Origin: Octopus bimaculoides
Lineage: Eukaryota
Direction: 5' to 3'
NCBI RefSeq assembly: GCF_001194135.2
Contig: NC_068985.1
Coordinates: forward strand, 65,335,670 to 65,374,787
DNA length: 39,118 nt
In this document: piece after piece, positions 33,568 through 39,118 of the stretch
Numbering within the stretch: position 1 is the first letter of the stretch
Layout of the letters: each line of letters begins with the position of its first letter
Made by a program: the position numbers and the translations under genes
Notes under the pieces: model-generated
Seen by the model: only the letters and a program-made list of their open reading frames with translations
Database searches by the model: none
What the model was told of the DNA's origin: nothing

Positions 33568-34327
33568 CACACGAGGTCTGATCAAAAAGTATCCAAACTG
33601 TTGCCATAATAACGAAGCTACAGCATGCGAAGTGAAAGTATTTGACAAAGACTAACTTTGAACTCTAAAGTTGTCATGGTGATACCTGCTCAGAGGCCTA
33701 TGCAAAGTTGCAGAAAGTGTATGGACAGGAGTGTATGAACCACATACAAGTGTACGAGTGGTTCAGACATTTGCAAGATGGCCAAAAAAGTGTTGATAGT
33801 GACAAACGTTCTGGGAGACCCACAACCTGCAGAACTGAGCAAAACATTGCAGATGTGCATGTAGCTATGAGAGGAAATTGTTGCATCACCATCCATGAGT
33901 ATCAGAGGATGTGCAGATTAGTTATGGTTCAGTTCAGTCACTGAAGATTTGGATATTAGTCTGCCAAGTTCGTGCCACAACTAAGACACTCAGGTTTCAG
34001 ATGCACAAGATTTTGATTGTGTTAAGAACAATGAAAAATTTTTGAAAACTTAGCATAGGCCTCTGAACAGACATCACCAAGCTTTTGGCAAAATTTGATG
34101 CCGATTCTCTGCTCAACTTTCTCTGTCATGGTCAATGCAATGATCACATGCTACACACCTTCCTTTCAAGCACTACTATAAACAGCGGAAGTGAGCTAGA
34201 ATGCTAAAACTTAGTGTGCATGCACAGCAGAGTTCAAGGTCAATTTGTGCTAAGCGGCTTCACTCTCTGTGGTTTAGCTTCATTACTACGGCAACAGTCC
34301 GGATATTTATTGATCAGACTATGTGTG
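33568..34327. mobile_element. Non-autonomous mariner derivative made of two inward-facing 5' ends
   Basis: 38-bp imperfect TIRs. The right arm on the minus strand carries the 5' UTR and MTEKVEQRIGIKFCQKLGD; the left arm continues through ORF 33708-33944 (VYEWFRHLQDGQKSVDSDKRSGRP). Confidence 0.8.
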
Positions 34328-34329
34328 TG

Positions 34330-34365
<36 letters not shown>

Positions 34366-35101
34366 TGTGTGGGGGGGGGTGTTCACTCATTAACAAAAAC
34401 TTATCTGGTCATGGGGAAATATCACCTTACTGAGAAACAGGAGAGACTTAGCAACAAGTGGGGTATGGTATTGAAGGATATGAAAGTGTGATAGAACAGG
34501 TGCAAGTGTTGTGCTGATGAGGTGAATACATGGCTTCCCCAGCTGGGGAGGGGGGAGAGAGAGAGAGAGATGAAGTTAGGGTATATGAGAGAGAGAAATA
34601 GGATAGAGGAAGGTGGATAGATAAATGTGCTAAAGTAAAATTAGTGTGACAGATAATTAGAAGGGGATTGAGTCAGATGCAGTGAATGTCAGTTTGGGGA
34701 GGAGAAGTGAAGAAAAAGAAATAAGAATGGGTCATGGGGGAGAAGATGATAAAGGACAGTAGAGGGAGTACCATATGAAGTAGTGTCGGTAACACAGAAG
34801 GTTGATGGAGGGATGGGTATCAGAAGATAAGTTATATTAGGGAAGCCTTGACAGGACAACAATGTTGGAATATTCAAAAACAAGTTCTAGAAATACTGGA
34901 ATTTGTCTTTAAAGAAAACTAGGAAATGAAATTCATGCCATCAACTGAATGAAATAAGCTTACACATTAATACACAGAAACACATATAATAGTAGTTCAC
35001 AATACAAGTTAGCCAAAATTTGTGACACAACAGTTAAATTAAAATTACAGATAAATAAAAAATAAGAATAAGGTAGATTTAAAAAAGTACTTATAAATCA
35101 A

Positions 35102-35137
<36 letters not shown>

Positions 35138-35731
35138 TAGCAGAGGCATCCAGCATCGCCAGGAGATAGAATTGTTCCTTATATATTGGAAGAAAAAATC
35201 TGGGATACAACTTATTCTTTAAATGGGAAATCAATTCTGAATTCATAACACAAAATAATAATGATGATGATGATGATGATGATGACGATGATGATGATGA
35301 TGATGATATACAGCCATGTGTTGAGAGATATTCTTTGGGGTTTGGATAATTCACCTTTGGAAACATGGGTGTTTTGTTCAACATCCTTAACCTTTTCATT
35401 ACTGTATTTATTTTGAGATGGTCTGTGTTTCTTTCAATTACTTTTACTAAGAATTTAGTAAAATAACTTAGTTATTATTCAGCTAGTGTTAGACTAAGGT
35501 TTGGCGAAAAATTTTAATTCAAAACTTATGAAAACACGACATTTGTAATCAGAGCCAGAGCCGGTTTCTAAAAGTGGGATGAGCTACTCGATCTGAAGAA
35601 AATTCAAACTGGGCCCCACCTACAAAGTCATGCACTGTTTATCTTGATATGAGATCACTATGTCACACACTTACGGTTGTGATGAATGTGCTTAGTGTAC
35701 CCTTATCAGATGGGTAGTCATTATAAATATA

Positions 35732-36624
35732 CTAGACATTGTATATTTTACCCGTGTCACGTTGATGGCATGCATTGCTCTCTCACTCAATGATAATAAA
35801 AAATGAAAATACAAAATTTGCCACTTTTATGAAAGGAGATAAATTCTATCACATATGTTGAAGGAAATTATGTAAGAGCTTCCAGGTAAAAAACATTCTT
35901 TGTTTTGTGGTTTAGAGCATAGACAAATAAGTCTTGCAAACCCTGGAGCAACCAACATAAAGTTGACCATGAGAAAAGCAAGGCTCAATTAAGTGCAAGT
36001 CAGTAGATTTCAAAGTCTGACCTTGAGCTTTATTAATAGACATTGCAAAGCAAGGTTACACCGGGAATTGTGTTCATTTGAACTGAAATGGTATGTCTGT
36101 TGGTTTAACTGGAATTCTTGGAATGAAAACCTCTTCCCCAGAGGCACATCCAGTGATGATGGTAGCTTCTATCACATTAGGTGATAATGTCTTCACAATC
36201 AACCTTATCCCATTGCATAATTCAGGAGGATCTAAATTTCTTAAAAGCAAAAAAGTTTTATGTGGAGGAGTGCCATGTAGTTCAAGAGAATTAAGGAACT
36301 TTGATTTTCATCAAGGACTGAATCAACTAATATGTACTCTTTAATGACTGTTGGAATCTTATTCATTAATTCATGGTCAATATTTGCTACTGACCCATTT
36401 TTTGGAGCAAGAATTGCTCTTTCACACACCCATTTATGTGAATTATACTTATTACTTCAGTCTGGAAATACCCTTTTCATCAATTCAGCTGAGGAATTCA
36501 CCATGATAGCAATATGAGCCAAACTGATATCACCATTCCCATCAAATGGTACATTTCCATTTCTTAATTGGAGGAGCCAAGTTGAAAACTGTTCTGCATA
36601 TTGGTCCCGCTCACATGTTAGTAT
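35732..36624 (-). mobile_element. Helitron 3' end (PIF1-like helicase C-terminus)
   Basis: RAILAPKN, LLRNLDPPELCNGIRL, CFAMSINKAQGQTL and FSHGQLYVGCSR; ends in a degenerate hairpin and CTAG-T at 35735-35731. Confidence 0.85.
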
Positions 36625-38680
36625 TTAACCCTTTCAATACTAACCTGGCCATAACCAGCTTACCAACTCGGCTGTAGCCAGCCAAGAGTACCCATTGTTA
36701 TTTAAATGTAAATTTGAACCCAAATCTCGTTAGTACATTTGTGAAAACATGTGATTTCACTTTGTAAATAGTTGAGTTATTGTATCTGACATTGTTTGGC
36801 GTGATATTTGAACTCGGTGAATTTTGGAAGACTTTTTTCCACATTTTTTCAGCATTAATTTTTTTCAGCTTTGAAAATGGAGTGGTGTTTCATGCTACCA
36901 AGCAGTGATTCCGAATTTGAAGGCTTTTCAATGGAAGATATGGAGATATCGAGGAAAAGAATGAATGAAGTACAAAAGCATGTGGTGAACGAAAATGAAT
37001 TGGATATTTTTGTATCCAAAACCGAAAGCACGATTCGGAAGAAACTGAAAGTGGCAACAGCAACATTGACAGCGAGGATGATTTTACACCAGAATGGAGT
37101 AAAAACTTTTAAAATGTTTTTATTAACATTTTTTCTAAGGAGACAGGGTCTACCTATAGTCTTTCTCAGGAAGCGAAACCATTAGACATTTTCTTCTTAT
37201 TTTTTTTCCAGCATGCTTGTTTGAAGCGATCACTGTGTAAATAAACTGTTACGCAGAATGTAAACAAGCTGGAAAAAAAGATAGCTTGTGGTTTCCCACA
37301 ACCGTAGAAGAAATACGGGCATTTCTTGCCAGAATTACAAATTACTGGAGCAATCAGGAACCTTTTGGCAATCAGTATGTTTCCAGTATTATGACCCAAA
37401 TATGATTTGTGAAACTGAACCAGTATTTACATGTGAGAGACACTAGCAGTACCCCAGTGCGTGGAGAACCAAACTTTGATCCCTTATTTAAAATAAGACC
37501 CCCTCATCAACTGCATTCAAAATGCATATAAAACATTTTACAACCCATGAGAGATACTTATCCGTCGATGAGGGCATGGTGGGGTATAAAGGAAGGGTAT
37601 GCTTCTGATAGTATATGCCAGGAAAGCCCATGGGGGATCTAAGTTTGAAAAATTTGTGAAGCAAATACTGGGTACTGCTGTGGATTTAGCTTTTATACAG
37701 GGAAAAGAGACAATAATGTTAGTCAGCATGGCCTGGGATATGATGTGGTCTGGAATTTATCATTTCCATACCATAACCAGGGCCGTATATTATTTTTTGA
37801 CCGATTTTTTAGTTCAGTCAAACTTGCAGTAGATTTAGAAGCTGTGGCAATGAATACATGTGCTATAGTAATTGCTAGTAGAAAAGAGCTGCCGCTGGAT
37901 ATAAAGAAAAGCAAAATTGAAAAAAAGAGGTGAAATAATTCAACAGCAGAAAGTAAATCTGCTAACAACCACATACAGAGATAAGAGGCAGATAAATTTT
38001 CTATCTACCAGTATACAACCACTTGTAGATGAAAATGGCACCCCATTTGTGAACCTTGATTATAACAGGTACATGGGCAGTGTGGATCGGCTGAACTAGA
38101 TGATGAGTTATTATCCAGTTGGTAGACCAGGTAATAAATAGTGGCGATACCTGGTTTGGTATATAGTAAACATGAGCATTGTAAATGTATTTATATTATA
38201 TACCAAATCAGGATGGGTTTGCAAATGGTGCAATCGTCTGCAGTTCCGAGCAGATGTAGCAATGCAGTTGAGGGCAGGTTATTCCTCTAGAAAAATAACT
38301 GCAGGAAGGAAAACCAAAGCCTGCCAAAGAGATATCCCTCTAAGTTCAGCCGATCTACATAAATTAGAAAAAATCAGGGATCACAAAAAGCAATGCCATG
38401 AATGTCTACATCAACAAAGAAAAACCCCCAGTGGACGGCCAGTTGAAACGTCTTTTCAATGTGCATTCTGCAAGGTTGCAGTATGTAGAGTGGGATATTT
38501 TACAACTTTCCATGATAGAAATATTGTGTGAATATTGTATATATGTATAATTAGATTGTATAAATATTTTTCAAATTTACTTAGTTTTACTTTTTATTTT
38601 AATTTACCTGTAATTTTAATTTGCTTGTAAGGTGAGTGACCAGTTTTGATTTAATTTCTATTGCAAATCATTGTTATATA
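36625..38680 (+). mobile_element. piggyBac element C, frameshifted transposase, right terminus not seen
   Basis: TTAA-CCCTTTCAATAC at 36625; MLPSSDSEFEGF at 36892; SVDEGMVGYKGR region near 37560; C-terminal KQCHEC...FQCAFCKVAVC...FH (ORF 38172-38531). Confidence 0.88.
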
Positions 38681-38704
38681 TGTTCCCATGTATTCATGTA
38701 TGTG

Positions 38705-39118
38705 TGTCTCATTCCAGGGAGAAAAACTAGAGGTAGTTGATAGCTTCCGCTATCTGGGTGACCAAGTTTGTAGTGGGGGAGGGTGCTCTGAAAGTGTAGG
38801 TGCTAGAATAAGAATAGCCTGGGAAAAGTTTAGAGAGCTCTTACCTCTGCTGGTGACAAAGGACCTCTCACTCAGAGAAAAAGGCAGACTGTATGACGCA
38901 TGTGTACGAACAGCTATGCTACATGGCAGTGAAACATGGGCTGTGACTGCTGAGGACATGTGTAAGCTCACAAGGAATGAAGCCAGTATCCTCCGATGGA
39001 TGAGTAATGTCAGTGTGCATACCCAACAGAGTGTAAGTATCTTGAGAGAAAAGCTGAACATAAGAAGCATCAGTTGTGGCATGCAAGAGAGACGATTGCG
39101 CTGGTATGGACATGTGGT
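38705..39118 (+). mobile_element. RTE LINE 3' fragment running off the window
   Basis: VVDSFRYLGD and RIRIAWEKFRELLPLL, LRWYGHV motifs. Confidence 0.88.

Noticed and set aside
35135-35165. (TA)n-ACTAGCAGAGGCATCCAGCATCGCC as a Helitron-like 5' end
   Set aside because: The match is too short and degenerate, and its orientation does not pair with the Helitron 3' end at 35732.

Overview
AT-rich, repeat-dense eukaryotic DNA, most likely Octopus (inferred from the tRNA-headed SINE family and RTE tails ending in (GAT)n). The only host gene seen is UMP synthase (UMPS) on the minus strand. Three exons of its OMP decarboxylase domain (28620-28491, 5719-5635, 5542-5444) splice in frame through GT-AG introns of 22,771 and 92 nt. 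The flanking exons were not found and probably lie outside the window, so the rest of the window is probably UMPS intron. It is filled with piggyBac copies (one nearly intact), mariners, RTE and L1/Tx1 LINE fragments, Penelope-like remnants, SINEs, a Helitron helicase fragment, microsatellites and two assembly gaps. The most notable unannotated signal is two type I minimal hammerhead ribozyme motifs with a palindromic stem III (6121-6163, 7777-7820). They sit in direct repeats, in sense orientation to the UMPS pre-mRNA, with predicted cut sites 1,656 nt apart; two more degenerate hammerhead-like motifs occur elsewhere. All alignments were done by eye, repeat boundaries are approximate, and ribozyme activity is untested.
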